A DNA stretch of 64,000 bases. Source: Eledone cirrhosa (taxonomy: Eukaryota). Position 1 is the first letter of the stretch, and each line of letters opens with the position of its first letter. This document shows positions 25,741 through 38,946 of this stretch, piece after piece. Both the position numbers and the translations under genes were made by a program. The stretch spans positions 114,762,001-114,826,000 of the forward strand of contig OZ024745.1 of assembly GCA_964016885.1 (NCBI GenBank), in the 5' to 3' direction. The notes beneath the pieces are model-generated. The model searched no databases, had not been told where the DNA came from, and saw only the letters and a program-made list of their open reading frames with translations.

Positions 25741-26149
25741 ACTCTCTTTACAAAAGCACCCAGCCCACATTGTAAAGTGGTCGTGTAGGTGCCACGGTAA
25801 AAAGGCACCCAGTACTCACTGTAAATGAGGTTGGTGTTAGGAAGGGCATCCAGCTGTAGAAATCAAGCCAAAATCAGTTCTGCATGAGCAAGACATGGTC
25901 ACCTGACCTGGCATTGCCCACAACAGGACAACCCATCTAACCCATGCTAGCATGGAAGAATTGATGTAAAATGGTGATGATGATGATGATGATGACGCTG
26001 CTTCTGAAGGAGACTGACCATAGTGTAACATCCAATGTACAATACCACATACTATACTAAAACTGACCCACCTTTGCATCGATTGCTCAAGTTGGTGAAC
26101 CAATAGTAACATAAAGTTAAAAACCATTAAACTATATATATATATATAT

Positions 26150-27245
26150 ATTTGAAAAAAGGAAAATAATTACTTCACTTGTAGTTCTAAACAATTTGAT
26201 TTAATTTTATAATATTATAATATTATGAGTTGGTAGATCTAGTAAGTTCTTTGTTAACTTCGGTGGGAAGATTTTTAAAGATTCCTGGTTAACTTTCCTG
26301 TAGAACTTTTTTGCATTCGTTGGTGGCGATTGTCAAACTGAGATCAGGTTGTGTTGTGATGTGTGACTCTATATATAAGAGAGATTTGGGTGTGTCTGGG
26401 GGGTGGGGTGCAGTGTTAATGAGTGTGGGAGTGAAGGAGTGTTGATGAAAATTTACACATACACACACACATATATACATATATATGCATACATATATAT
26501 ATATATACATATATAGTATAAAAGAGAAAACACAGGTAAGCATTAAGAGAAGGATTTTATTCAGGTATTTACGACCGTTTCATTGGTAAGTGCAACCTTA
26601 TATTGCTATACTGCAAATAGCAGCCACTCAATTATAATTGTTGTTCACAGTTCAAATTTTCAAAATAGTAAGTTACTCTTGAAATAATTCTTAATATAGA
26701 GAGAAAAACATTTATTTGGAATTGTATTTACTAGTATAGAGAGAGAGGAATCAGGAGGTGAGGGGACAGACGGAATAGTATAGAGAGAGAGGAAGGTGGA
26801 AGAGGTAGGAAGTAGAATGACAAACTGAGATGGAGGGAGGGGTAGAGGTGGAAGGATTCCTTGGTCAGTTTTGATAGCAGACTTCATGTGGAATGTAGTG
26901 AGTTAAAGAGAATTAAATTGATCATAGTGGGAGGGATGGATAGAGAGGGAGAGAGAGGGGGGGGGAGATATAAAGAGATAAATATATATATATATATAAA
27001 AATAAAAAATAAAGATAAAGATAATAATGACAAAAATAAAAGCAAAGAAGGGGGTGAGAAAAAAGAAAAGAAAAGATAGCCAAGAAGGGGAGGGAAGGAA
27101 GGAAGAAAACGAAGAAATAGAAGAGGAATGAGGGAAAAGAGGAGGATATATGTATTGGTTTTGTGGGTAATTAAAGGGTTTAGATACAACAAGAGGGTAT
27201 AAAGTCAAAGTATATGCAGTTTGTCAGTTGGTAGTAAGAGGTTAA
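26150..27245 (-). mobile_element. Low-complexity probable Penelope-related remnant
   Basis: Left end matches the arm of the 61035-61195 palindrome; degenerate CTGTGA...GAAACGGTCGTA on minus strand near 26565-26655; adjacent to a GIY-YIG ORF. Confidence 0.4.
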
Positions 27246-27300
27246 GGGTTCGATTTGTAGTGCGAAAACTTCTCTTTGAGTCTATGGTTACAATATGTAG

Positions 27301-27335
<35 letters not shown>

Positions 27336-27388
27336 CCTACATATATACACACACATACACATATATGTACATACATACATACACATAA

Positions 27389-27430
<42 letters not shown>

Positions 27431-27599
27431 ACACACTCATACATACACATATTCATATATACACACACACATGCATACATACATATACGCATGTATACAT
27501 ATACCTGTACACCTACAGACATACATACAAACACATCTACACACACATATATGCATACACATCTACTCAATTATTTAAGTTCACATATACATTGGGGTG

Positions 27600-28250
27600 G
27601 CGAAGGGGGAATTAATGAAATGATAGTGTACCTCTGAGGGTTTTTCTTCTCTTCAATGATCGAATGTTTGAAAGTGCGGGTGTCATCAACTTCTATTTGG
27701 ATTTTGCTTTTTTTCAATATGAGATTTTTTAAAGAAAAGAGAGAGGGGGAGAATCCCGTTATTTGAAGGTCGAATATAATTTTTTTGTGTTCAGTAGTGA
27801 TTTGTACTTTCTAATAAAGAATTCTTCTTTATATTTTCGGAAATGTTCATTGCTCGACCATATCTTAAAGAAGAGGAAAATTGTGAATTTTCCCTTTCCG
27901 TATGTTGTGAAGTGTTCACTGCATGTAGTGTTTCTGACAGAAGGGTTTCTAATTTGTTGTTTATGTACTTGAACTCTGTCATGTAGACTCATTCTGGTTT
28001 CACCAATGTAGTATTCTTTACATTGTGGGCAGATTGCACAGTAAATCAAGTTTTTGGTTTTGCAATTCATGTTTGCATTAACTTTAAAAAACTGGTTGTT
28101 TTTAAAGGAAATTTTCCCACGCTCTTCAATGTGTTCATAAGTTCCGCATCGAGGGTCCCTGCATTTCTTAACTTGCATTGCTTCATTATTAGACGTAAAT
28201 TTTGCCTTGGTAAGCAGTTTCTTTAGGTTGGGTGTTTGGCGTCTACTGTA
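27600..28250 (-). mobile_element. Penelope-like element 3' fragment (GIY-YIG endonuclease)
   Basis: RRQTPNLKKLL...CRDPRC...NCKTKNLIYCAICPQCKEYYIGETRMSLHDRVQVH; truncated at a (TA)n tract. Confidence 0.9.
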
Positions 28251-28286
28251 TATATATATAAATACACACACATACACACATATGTG

Positions 28287-28786
28287 TCATCATCATCATC
28301 ATCAGTTAACATCTATTTTTCCATGTTCGCATGGGCTCGACAAATTGTCATGTTATGAAACAAGTCATGTCAGGTGACCACGTCTTGCTCATACAAATAT
28401 GTATTTCAGCTTAGTTTCTGCAGCTGGATGCCCTTAATAATGCTAAACACATTACAATGTGGGCTGTCATCCTTCATACACATCACATGTCCATACCAAC
28501 GCAACTGCCTCTCCTGCACACAACATTTGATTCCTCTTATGCTCAGTCTCTCTCTGAGTTCGTTTATGCTTTGCTGTTTGCATATATTACTATTACTCAT
28601 TCATCGGAGGATGCAAGCTTCTTTTCTTTTTAATCTACATAAGTCTTCTACACACAGCGCCCAGGTCTCACTACCATGTAACATTGTTGTTCGTATGCAC
28701 GCATCATATAATCTGCTTTCATTTTGAGGGAAAAGCCTTTTGCAGCTAGCTGTGGCAGTAGCTCCCTGAACTTCTTCCATCCCGTT

Positions 28787-28790
<4 letters not shown>
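28287..28790 (-). mobile_element. RTE LINE 3' fragment
   Basis: RTGWKKFRELLP, ERQLRWYGHVM; (CAT)n tail at 28287. Confidence 0.85.
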
Positions 28791-28824
<34 letters not shown>

Positions 28825-28825
28825 T

Positions 28826-29120
28826 ATAATTGTTTCCACCTTTGGCACAAGGCCAGCAATTATCCCAGTGTATTACTGGTACTTTAGTTTATCGACCCCG
28901 TAAGGATGAAAGGCAAAGTTAACTTCGGCGGGATTTGAACTCAGTCCGTAAAGGGACGTAACTGTGCTGCAAAGCATGGCATCCGACCCTCTACTGATAC
29001 TGCCAATCCAATATATATATAATTGTTTCTACTTTTGGCACAAGGCCAGCAATTACCAGTGCATTACTGGTACTTTATTTTATTGACCCCGTAAGGATGA
29101 AAGGCAAAGTTAACCTCTGC
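28826..29120 (-). mobile_element. Two tRNA-derived SINE copies
   Basis: Same family as 25553-25740, reverse orientation. Confidence 0.85.
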
Positions 29121-29930
29121 AATGCACACAGTGCAGATCCTGGGTACACAAGAGATGTAGTGGGATAGCAGGCAAACTAACAGGTAGGGAGAAATACGTA
29201 TGCAGTAGATGTACAGGGAAATTAGACAGTAGAAGTCGTATTGATAAACACATTTTTCAAATGCGGGCGGGTCCTATAGAAGTGGTGGATAGCTTCCGGT
29301 ACCTAGGTGATCAGATTAGCATGGGAGGGGGGTGTTCCGAGGCCATAGTATCTAGAATAAGGACGGGTTGGAAGAAGTTTAGTGAGCTACTTCCTCTGCT
29401 GATGAAGAAGGGTTTCTCCCTGCGTATGAAAGGCCGATTATATGATGCCTGTGTGGGGAGTGCGATGCTGCATGGTAGTGAGACATGGGTAGCAACCGCA
29501 GAGGATATGCGACGGCTGGAGAGAAATGAGGCAAGCATGCTCCATTGGATGTGCAATGTCAATGTGTGTGAATGACCCAGCATGGATGTGTTGAGAGAGA
29601 AACTGTGTCTGAGAGGGATAGACGGTAGTGTGCGAGAGAGGAGACTGCGGTGGGTGAAGAAGTGCCAGGACATGCCAGTTGAAGAAAGACGTGGTAGAGG
29701 TAGACCGATGGATGAAGAAGTGCCAGGAAATGCCAGTTAAAGGAAGACGTGGTAGAGGTAGACTATGAAAAACATGGGCGGAGGTGGTAAGAACAGACCT
29801 CAGATCGCTGAAGCTCACGGTGGAGATGACGAAGAACCGTGACAAGTGGAGAAATACTGTGCTGAATAGGACCCGTCCCACCCTTGCAAGCAGGGAAAAG
29901 CAGACGTAAAATGATGATGATGATGATGAT
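29120..29930 (+). mobile_element. RTE LINE 3' fragment
   Basis: IEVVDSFRYLGDQI...RIRTGWKKFSELLPLL...AMLHGSETW; (ATG)n tail; internal ~60-bp tandem duplication at 29650-29765. Confidence 0.9.
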
Positions 29931-31609
29931 ATATAAGAACGTCTATTTTTCCATGTTCGCATGGATTAGACATGTCATGAAACAAGTCTTGTCAGGTGAC
30001 CACATCTTGCACATACAGAACAGTATTTTGGCTCAGTTTCTATGGCTGGATGCCCTTCCTAGTGCCAACCATGTTATATTGTGGACTGTGTGCTTTTTAT
30101 CAATGCACCAAAATGATCACCCACCTATTGGGGGGTTTTTTGTGTCACCAGCACAACCGCCTTTCAGAGTGGACTGGCTGCTTTATAAAGTGACATTTGT
30201 GAAGTATAACATTAATTAATTAATTAGTTATTAACTGATTAGTTTATTTGTTTTATTTAATCTTATTTGTAGTTAATTATTTTTATTTTTCAAATTAGTA
30301 TTCAGTCCAGTTACTAAATTTCATTCATGTGGTATTAGTTAACCCATGGCTATGGTTGAGCCACTCAAGAAGATAGAACCTGAAACAGTGTAGTTGTAAA
30401 CAGAACTTTTTAACTCCACAAACATGACCGCATTCACAAATATTTCGTTTAGTGGTCCAACACCCTGCTACCCTATGTAACTATGTCTCAAATTATAATG
30501 AGGTAAAGTACCAGGCTCTTAATTCATGATGGAGTCACTGTCCTGACATGCAGATTATTAAACCTAGTGGGTCCCATTCCTCTCTTGATCAAAACACAGC
30601 CAATGTTCCAGAGAGAGGTAGAGAGAGAGAGGGGGGGGGGGGAGAAAGAAAGAATTGATCAAATACTCAATTGGTTCTTTATTTTATCAACCTCAAAAGG
30701 ATGAAAGGCAAAGTTGACAGTGACAAGATTTGAAATCAAAACACAGTAAACCAGAACAAATATCAAGGCTAATCCAACATCTCTAATGACATAACCAATT
30801 TTCCACCTTAAGAAGTATATAAAATAAAATGAATTAGTAAAATTTTTTATCCTCAGAGGTTAGTAACTGTAGAAGGCAAAGTTGTAATACACGCTCAACA
30901 AAGGAAACATGTCAAAACAAGTGTTTCAGTTGCTATTTTCTTTCGTTATATTCTCTATTACAGCTTGAAGTATAAAAAAAAAATTCATTTTTGACCCTGA
31001 GTTATTGGCTAAATGCTTTATTGACTAACTAGTGAATAAATTCCTATTTCTCAACCCACATAAATTATAGCAAATGTAAGCATAATATTTTTTCTTTCAA
31101 TCACTATATCAATATGGAAAAACTTCATTGACTTTTTATAGTTTTGCCAAGTTGATTCAAATAGTAAAACAGAGCTGCAAGGGTGTATGGAGAATAAACA
31201 AAAGAAAAATATATCATCATCGTTGTCGTCATCATCATCATCAAACATATTTTTTCCTGCTTGGATTGGTTAGAAAGATTGTCACATACTGTGGCTAAAT
31301 TGGTCAGGTGATCATGTCTTACTCATTTGCTCGGGATTGCTTTCTATGGCTAATGACCTTTCTAATGCCAACCACTTCACAGTGTGTAATGGGAGCCTTA
31401 TATCATGACTCCACCAAACTTTATGCCTGGGAAGGGAACATTCTAGGTGCAAAGCCCATTGCCCTTTGTGACCAAAGGGGGTCACCACCTTTACCTATAC
31501 CTGCAGTACAAATGTCAGTTGATTTATTAAATTGGCAAGTAAATTTCAATATCAAAAATATATAATTTGCATAAACCTCCTTATTCTCTTTTAAATTAAT
31601 TTAAAGATT

Positions 31610-31756
31610 ACTAGCAGAATGGCCCGGTGTTGCTCAGGATTTGCTCTAGGGTTCTTATATATTTGATATATATTTATCCTTATCAAGCCTCATGAAATAA
31701 ATACGTTTGTTTATATTTTGTTATTGTGTATGCAAAAATATCTGTACACGAATATA

Positions 31757-31798
<42 letters not shown>

Positions 31799-32254
31799 TA
31801 ACAGATTAAAGTTTAAGCAATGAATCGCTGCTTTCACCCTTAACGAGATCTTCTGAAACTAAAAAATCAATCTGTGAAAGCAGAAATAAATATTTCGGAA
31901 AGCGTTACACACTATATATATATACACACACTATATATATACATATATACACACACACACCACGGTATAATGTCGTAATGCAGACAGCCAGGCATACAGA
32001 CAGATATTATAAGGATGCAACGTTATATCTATGTATCTATCTAAAAAGAGAAAGACTAAGAAGTATAGAGAGAGATCGCTAAATCGCCTATTGTGGTCCC
32101 TAAGGCATTGAACATTTCAAATTCTTTTTTGCTCAAAACACTTACAGGACCATAAGTATTACATGTGTAAAGTTTGAAAACAATCGGTTGGGTGGTTCTC
32201 GAGTTTTAGTGAGCAGACAGACAGACAGACATTCTCTGTTTTAGATATATAGAT
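31610..32254 (+). mobile_element. Non-autonomous Helitron/Helentron (DINE/HINE)-like element
   Basis: Begins ACTAGCAG..CCCGGTGTTGCTCAGG and ends in (GACA)n...TATATAGAT; reverse-oriented related ends near 37160-37222 and 56490-56560. Confidence 0.6.
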
Positions 32255-32590
32255 AAGAAAAAGCTCTAAATTTTGGTATAGTTTATTCTTTATAAGCATT
32301 TGAAAAACGTGAGGTGGGGTGATTGTTTCAGTGGGTGTCTCTAACTATTCTCTGCAGTAATGCCTTTGCCATTTTGTTTGCAGGGTACAGCTGAAACGCC
32401 GTTCAGACTGGGGTGTAGTGTCTGTCCCCATCCCTCTCCCTTTCTTTCATTGATTAATTCTTTTTTTCTTTTTCTTCTTTCCATTTCCTTTTTTTTTCTT
32501 CCCTTTAATAATATGTTTTGTTTTTGTATAAACAACTTTGTAAAATAAAATAGTGTTCATTCATGACCCTTAATTATTTTTCTTTAAGAA

Positions 32591-33379
32591 TTACTGATTT
32601 CCAAGACTCAAACCTCCATCAAAAGAAATGGTAGTTCTCGTCAGAAAGCTTGCTTTAGGAGAGCATAGTTATGAGATTAAGTCCCCTACTTCTTCCGGTT
32701 GCCCCCATCGACCGATTGGTGTTTTAATACAACCAATATCAGGTCCCAGAATGCTTTCTCTCAATTTCCATGGTTTTGTTTGTATGTAGCCAGGGATAAT
32801 ACAATTACAAGTTATTCTCCGCTTAGCTAACATTTTGGCGTAATGACGAGACAAATACTCAAGAACACATTTTCCTGTGCCTGGCATCATGTAACCTAGT
32901 CTAACATGTTCATTAAGGTTACAACCAGGGCTTGATAAGCAAACTATATAACCATTGCCATCTTCCATATACTATCTTCCAGTTTCTACTAAATGTATGA
33001 AACACTTAGGATAAATATTCTGGTAATAGTCATAGAATTCAAATGTACTAAAATGAGTATTGGGATCTTTTGAAAAAGAATTTGGTTTAAAAATTCTCCC
33101 AATGTGAACGATAGCTGTTAGCTGCCCATTCATTTCAATTAAACAACTAAAATAGGAATTTATAGTCTTGTTCACAAAAATCTCTGCCAATTGTATAAAC
33201 CTCAATGTTGAAATCTGTCTTCAATTCCAATTCACATTTCTTGGCCTTTTCACTGTCAGAAAGGTAACCAAGAGTTAAATTATAACCTTGAGCAGCAAGA
33301 GCTTTGGCAGTAGCAAAACCTATACCACCTGTTCCTCCAGTAACTATGGCAATTTTTGGCCTTTCTGCATTGCGATTAC
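32591..33379 (-). pseudogene. Short-chain dehydrogenase/reductase (FabG/FabL-like), disrupted
   Basis: IAIVTGGTGGIGFA Rossmann motif, YMMPGTGK, ITCNCIIPGYIQT, TPIGRWGQPEEVG, LCSPKASFLTRTTISFDGG; frameshift near 33170-33185; in-frame TAG at 32972-32974 and TAA at 32669-32671; candidate splice acceptor at 33380-33382. Confidence 0.88.
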
Positions 33380-33507
33380 CTAAAATATATAAATACAAAG
33401 AGTCACTCAAAAGATTATATGAAAACATTGACAATTGCACATTAATAAATTGAGAAATTCTTCATGGTAGTTTGATATGCAGCTAAATATTTCTAATTTT
33501 ATAACCT

Positions 33508-33948
33508 ACTGACAAGTTTCAGAAAGCCAGCACAATGCAGTAGAAATATATAAGGGGCAAAGGATAATATAAAATAAAACAAAGTAATGTTTTTACTCCG
33601 TATATTTCAACATAATATTTTTTGTGTTATTACTCTCTTTCCAAATGTAAAAACGAAAACAGTGCAACATAAAATGAATGATTGATGTATTCTTCCTTGA
33701 CTGGTCTAAGTGTCTGGATTACGCATGTGTGGAGCAGTCATAGTAGCCACTCTGCTATGGAAAAACACATTGATCTTTTGTTTTGTTTTGCACCGTTTTC
33801 ATTTTTACATTTGAAAAGTAGGTAATAATCCAGAAATATTATGTTGAAATATACTGTGTAAAAACCTTATTTTGTTTTGTTTATTTGTCATCCTTTGCCC
33901 TCTATGTATTTATACTACATTGTATTGGCTTTCTGAAATATATCAGTC
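33508..33948. repeat. Foldback element with ~165-bp diverged inverted arms
   Basis: 33508-33675 vs 33780-33948 reverse complementary (TATATTTCAACATAATAT / ATATTATGTTGAAATATA). Confidence 0.8.
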
Positions 33949-34929
33949 ATGTATTACATATCTCACAATGCTTCATATTAACAATACTGTTTATACCCCA
34001 CTGTCTTTAAAAGAACATACTGGATAAAGTAATCTAAAATGAATTATATCTGTAAATATCCATGGTCACAGATAAACTGCCACTGAACATAGTTCTGTTT
34101 ACATTTGTGTATTTTTTAATTTCCTTGTAACTTAACTGTTTGACAAAAGAGATCAATGAAATAAGTACCAGCTTTAAAAAAAAAGGATTTTTATTGATAC
34201 AGTCAACTCCAGCATGGCCACAGTCTAATCACTGGAACCAGCAAAAGAATAAAAGAATAATGAAAAACATGTTGAACAAAATAAGTTTGTTTAGGTCATA
34301 GTTACCAAGTGTTGTTGCCAACAACAACAAAGAATCAGCTCAATGTATAAGATATAGTTTAGAAATGAATTTCAGAACATGTTAGTGCTTGATCGGACTG
34401 GAATGGAACTATATCAGTTTTGATGATGAGAGTTCTAGTTGTTTGACTAACAGACCAGCCTGTTTGTGAAATTAACATGTAAGTGACTGAGCATTCCACA
34501 GACACATGTCATCTTAACGTAATTCTCAGGGAGATCCATTGTGACAAGGCTGGCTCATTTAATTATAGGTAGAGTCTATCCGATGGGCTTCCAAACAGTT
34601 TCTGTCAACATAATTTCACTCACAAGACATGTTTCGATCTGAGGTTATGGTAAAAATTCTTTGCTCAAGATGCCATCCTGTGGGATTGAACCCAAGACCT
34701 AATCAATGTGAAGCAAACTCCTTAACCATTTGATTATGCTGTGCCCACACTACTTGATTAAGGAGTAACTGTGTTGGTGGTAGTTTAATAGAGTAATATA
34801 AATGAAAGGAAAAGTTTGAATGATGGAGATGGTGTATAAAACAATATTGTTGAATTTAGGGGTATGTATATGTGTGTACTTTTCAGTGTATTTGAGTGGA
34901 TGTTTTTGAGCGTGTTTGCATGTGCATGT

Positions 34930-35404
34930 GTTTAAAAAATTTCTTCTCAAATTCTGCTATATATTCAGCTAAAAGGGTTAGATCATCTGCATACAGAAGT
35001 TCCCATGGACAGCCAGTCTTAAACTCTTCTGTTACAGCCTACTGGATGATAATAAACAGAAGAGGGCTAAGAACAGAGTCCTCATGAACTCCTACGTGCA
35101 CACTAAATTCTTCACTATAATCATTGTTAATTCTGACCTTGTTGACTGTTCCTCTATACATGGTTTGTACAGCCCTCACTAGCCACTCATTTACTCCTAG
35201 TTTTCTAAGAGTTCACCAAGATTCATTCACTATAATGAAATGGTCAGCAAATGCCAGGTAGAGGTTTACTTTTAGCTAGGTATTTCTCCTGCAGTTGCTT
35301 CATAAGGAAGATATATATATATATGCTACCAATGGTAGCACATACAGGTTAAGTGTATGAAACTGTAATATCATTTATATAATAGTCTAAACTGGTAATT
35401 CCCA

Positions 35405-35468
<64 letters not shown>

Positions 35469-36155
35469 TCATCATCATCATCATCGTTTAAACGTCCATC
35501 TTCCACGCTAGCATGGGTCTGGACAGGAATTGTCCCACTTGAGGTAAGATTGGCTGTCTTGCTCAGGACTGTCTGGCAGGTTTTCTACGGCTGGATGACC
35601 TTCCTAACACCAACCACATTTACAGTGTGGACTGGGAGGTCTTTACCGTGTTACCTACACGGCCACATTACAGCGTGGACTGTGTGTTTTTTTTTGTTGT
35701 GACATCTACACGACCTCATTTATTTAGGACTGGATGTTGTGGTACCAACATAACTTTACATCGAAAGGGGTGGTGTAGATGGGGTGGGGGTAGGGGTAAT
35801 GGGACGGGGGTTTATTTTTGTTAAGAGTTGCCTACTGACTGTAGGTTTCACTTTGTACTTAGGCAAGGCGGTTCTTCTGTATTACTGCGTAGTGCCAAAG
35901 ATCTCGGTCCAGTGACATTGTCTTGGAGAGGTGTAAGTGTGTGAGGTCGGAATTTATCAGATCGTCCCAGGTTTTTCTGGGTCTGCCTACTCCGTAGCTA
36001 CCGTCTATTTTGATCGCCCTGCACTTTTTTATACAGCTGTCGTCTTTCATGCGCATCACGTGACCATACCAATGTAGTCTTCTCTCGAGTAAACAGCATC
36101 TGATCCCTCTTATTCCTAATTTCTCACTTAGTTCATTTATGCTTTGCCATTTGCG
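34930..36155 (-). mobile_element. RTE LINE fragments separated by microsatellites
   Basis: EEFKTGCPWELLYADDL at about 34980-35035; RRLHWYGHVMRM...GRPRKTW at 35860-36155; 3' UTR to (CAT)n near 35466. Confidence 0.85.
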
Positions 36156-36880
36156 TATATATATATATATATATTTATATATACACTGTTGTTGGACTTC
36201 TCCCATTTCAATTAACAGAACAGCATGCTCATCGAATTTATGTGCCAGTGGCTGAGCTTTCCACAGGCACGTGCACCCTTAATACAGTTTTCAAGGAGAT
36301 TCACCATGACACAGTGAATGACAAACCTGGCCAGCCCTTTGAATTACAGATGCTGATCAATTTTGCCTGTTGAATGAACAGGAGCAACATGAAATGAAGT
36401 GTCTTGTTTAAGTCAATACCTTAGCCAAGATATACACCTTCAATCATCATCATCATCATCATCATCATCATTTTACATCCGCTTTTCCCTGCTTGCAAGG
36501 GTGGGATCAATATATATATATATATATACACACACACGCATATATACACATGTCTATTTGTGTGTGTGTGTGTGTTTGCATGTGCAAACACACACACACA
36601 TGTGCACACACATGTGCAATACACACATCCACATATAGATGGATAGACAAACTGATAATCGATACACACATGTCACGTGGCATCTCATAACTCCTCCAAA
36701 ATAGAAAGCATTTATCACAAAACTGCATAATAAATAATTCAAATAAAGTAAATTAGTTCGAACTCTCATAACTTCTATGTGCAAAGTGGACTGGAAACAA
36801 AGAACCTCAAAACTTGAAAATACCCTACAATGTGTGTGTATGTATGTATGAAGACGTGTGTGTATGTATGTATGTAGGCA

Positions 36881-37850
36881 CATGGCTTAGTGGTTAGAGC
36901 ATTGGGCTTGCAATCGAAAGGTTGTGAGTTCAATTCTCAGACCGGGTGATGTGTTGTTTCCTTGAGCAAGACACTTTATTTCACATTGCTCCAGTTTACT
37001 GAGCTGTAGAAATGAGATGATAGGGACTGGGGTCCCTATCATTCCACTGCAAAGTGGTTGTGGAGGTGCCACGGCAAAAAAGCACCCAGCACTCACTGTA
37101 AATGAGGTTGGTGTTAGGAAGGGCATCCATCAGATGGGATTTTCCATTCAATTTACTTCCAAACTGTATATTCTTAGCATAATTTCAAACCTCAAGCAAC
37201 GCCAGGCAAATCTGCTAGTATCTATATAAATACCGAGTGTGTAACCGAGACTGCACCAATGTGTGCATAAATATACACATTTTCAATATATAAAAATATA
37301 AATATTGCAGAAAATATATATTTCCCTACAAATTGAAATAATGATAAACACCTTTAATCGATTTTTGGATCCTAATCAGAAGGTGTGTATATTAAATCAA
37401 CCATAAGGAAACATATTTTATACCTATTTGCTCTGAGTATTATTCCGAAATGGATGTAGTACATTTGTACATGGCTTAGTGGTTAGAGCATTGGCCTTGC
37501 AATCGAAAGGTTGTGAGTTCAATTCTCAGACCGGGTGATGTGTGGTTTCCTTGAGCAAGACACTTTATTTCACATTGCTCCAGGTTACTCAGCTGTAGAA
37601 ATGAGATGATAGGACTGGGGTCCCTACCATTCCACTGCAAAGTGGTCGTGGAGGTGCCACGGCAAAAAAGCACCCAGCCCACACTGTAAAGTGGACGTGT
37701 AGGCGCCACGGCAAAAAAGCACCCAGCACTCACTGTTAAATGAGGTTGGTGTTAGGAAGGGCATCCAGCTGTAGAAACCAAGCCAGAATCAGTTCCAGTC
37801 CCACCCTTGCAGGCAGGGAAAAGCAGACGTAAAATGATGATGATGATATA
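36881..37850 (+). mobile_element. Two near-identical tRNA-headed CORE-like SINEs with RTE-type body/tail
   Basis: A box TGGCTTAGTGGTTAGAGC, B box GAGTTCAATTCTC, CCTTGAGCAAGACACTT core; copies at 36881-37130 and 37471-37850; third 5'-truncated copy at 38944-39180. Confidence 0.85.
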
Positions 37851-37863
37851 TATATATATATAA

Positions 37864-37999
37864 AATATTCAATATAGAAATGATTTCTACAGGACTAGAA
37901 CTGTTTCACTCAAAAGAAATCATCAGGAAAGCTTTCCCGATGATCTCCTTTGAATGAAACAATTCTAGTCCTGTAAAAGCCATTTCTATATTAAATATT
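37864..37999. ncRNA. Palindrome formed by two back-to-back hammerhead-like motifs
   Basis: Axis GAAAG|CTTTC at 37931/37932; consensus arm GCTTTC-CTGATGA-TCTC-TTTT-GAGT-GAAAC-AG-TTCTAGTC-CT-GTA-GAAAGC. Confidence 0.75.
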
Positions 38000-38063
38000 G
38001 TATGTACTCTACTATGTATAAGTATATTACTTACTTACTCTGGTTACCCCTGATTGAACCCAG

Positions 38064-38117
<54 letters not shown>

Positions 38118-38634
38118 CGGGTGGGCTTCTATATATGTGTGCGTCTGAGTATATAGATACACACATTAACATTATATACACCTATTGTGTTAGAAGTAGC
38201 CTAAACAGTGAATTGCACTGAAAAAGAAACAATTCCAATCAACTGATTGGAAAGCAAAAGAGACAAACAGTCTGTTGGCTGGTCGATAGGGCGGTCGATA
38301 GGAAACAGGTAAGGCAGGTAAGGAAATAACAGTAGTGACTGTGGCAGTAATGATAATCTAGCTTTAAGGTAGATCTATGTCTACTTAGTGAAGTCATTGA
38401 TCAATGTTACTCAACACAACAATCATCACCAACCAAGCAACACCTCTGTTTTCCTTAGCAACAGAAGAGGGGGAGTACTGTTGTAATTACAAAGAAAGAC
38501 AGAGAGTGGGTAAAAGAGATAGGGGTCAGAGTGCATGTATATATGTATTGTATGCAAGTACAATATACAATATGTATATATATATATATATATATAGCGT
38601 GGAAAATGGACGTTAAACGATGATGATGATGATA

Positions 38635-38689
38635 TATATATATATATAGCATAAATATATATATATATATATATATATAAATAGCATAA

Positions 38690-38725
<36 letters not shown>

Positions 38726-38888
38726 CATAAATATATATATATATATATAAATAGCATAAATATGTTGTATATATATATATATATATAAATAGCATAAATA
38801 TATATATATATATAAATAGCATAAATATGTATGTATATATATATATATATATATAAATAGCATAAATATATATATATATATAAATAGC

Positions 38889-38945
<57 letters not shown>
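38635..38945. repeat. Compound minisatellite AAATAGCATAAAT(AT)n
   Basis: About 7 copies of TAGCATAAAT separated by variable (AT)n. Confidence 0.9.

Positions 38946-38946
<1 letters not shown>

Noticed and set aside
27650-27700. Hammerhead-like motif downstream of the GIY-YIG ORF
   Set aside because: TTGATGA...CAAAC has two core mismatches and no convincing stems
32669-32974. Rescue of the SDR stops by A-to-I editing (TAG/TAA to Trp; AGA to GGA at a normally conserved Gly)
   Set aside because: Editing cannot repair the frameshift near 33175, and the TAA position is normally Phe/Tyr, one substitution from TAT; plain pseudogenisation is simpler
36881-36945. tRNA gene (A and B boxes)
   Set aside because: Head of a multi-copy SINE running into a CORE-like domain; no complete cloverleaf or terminator
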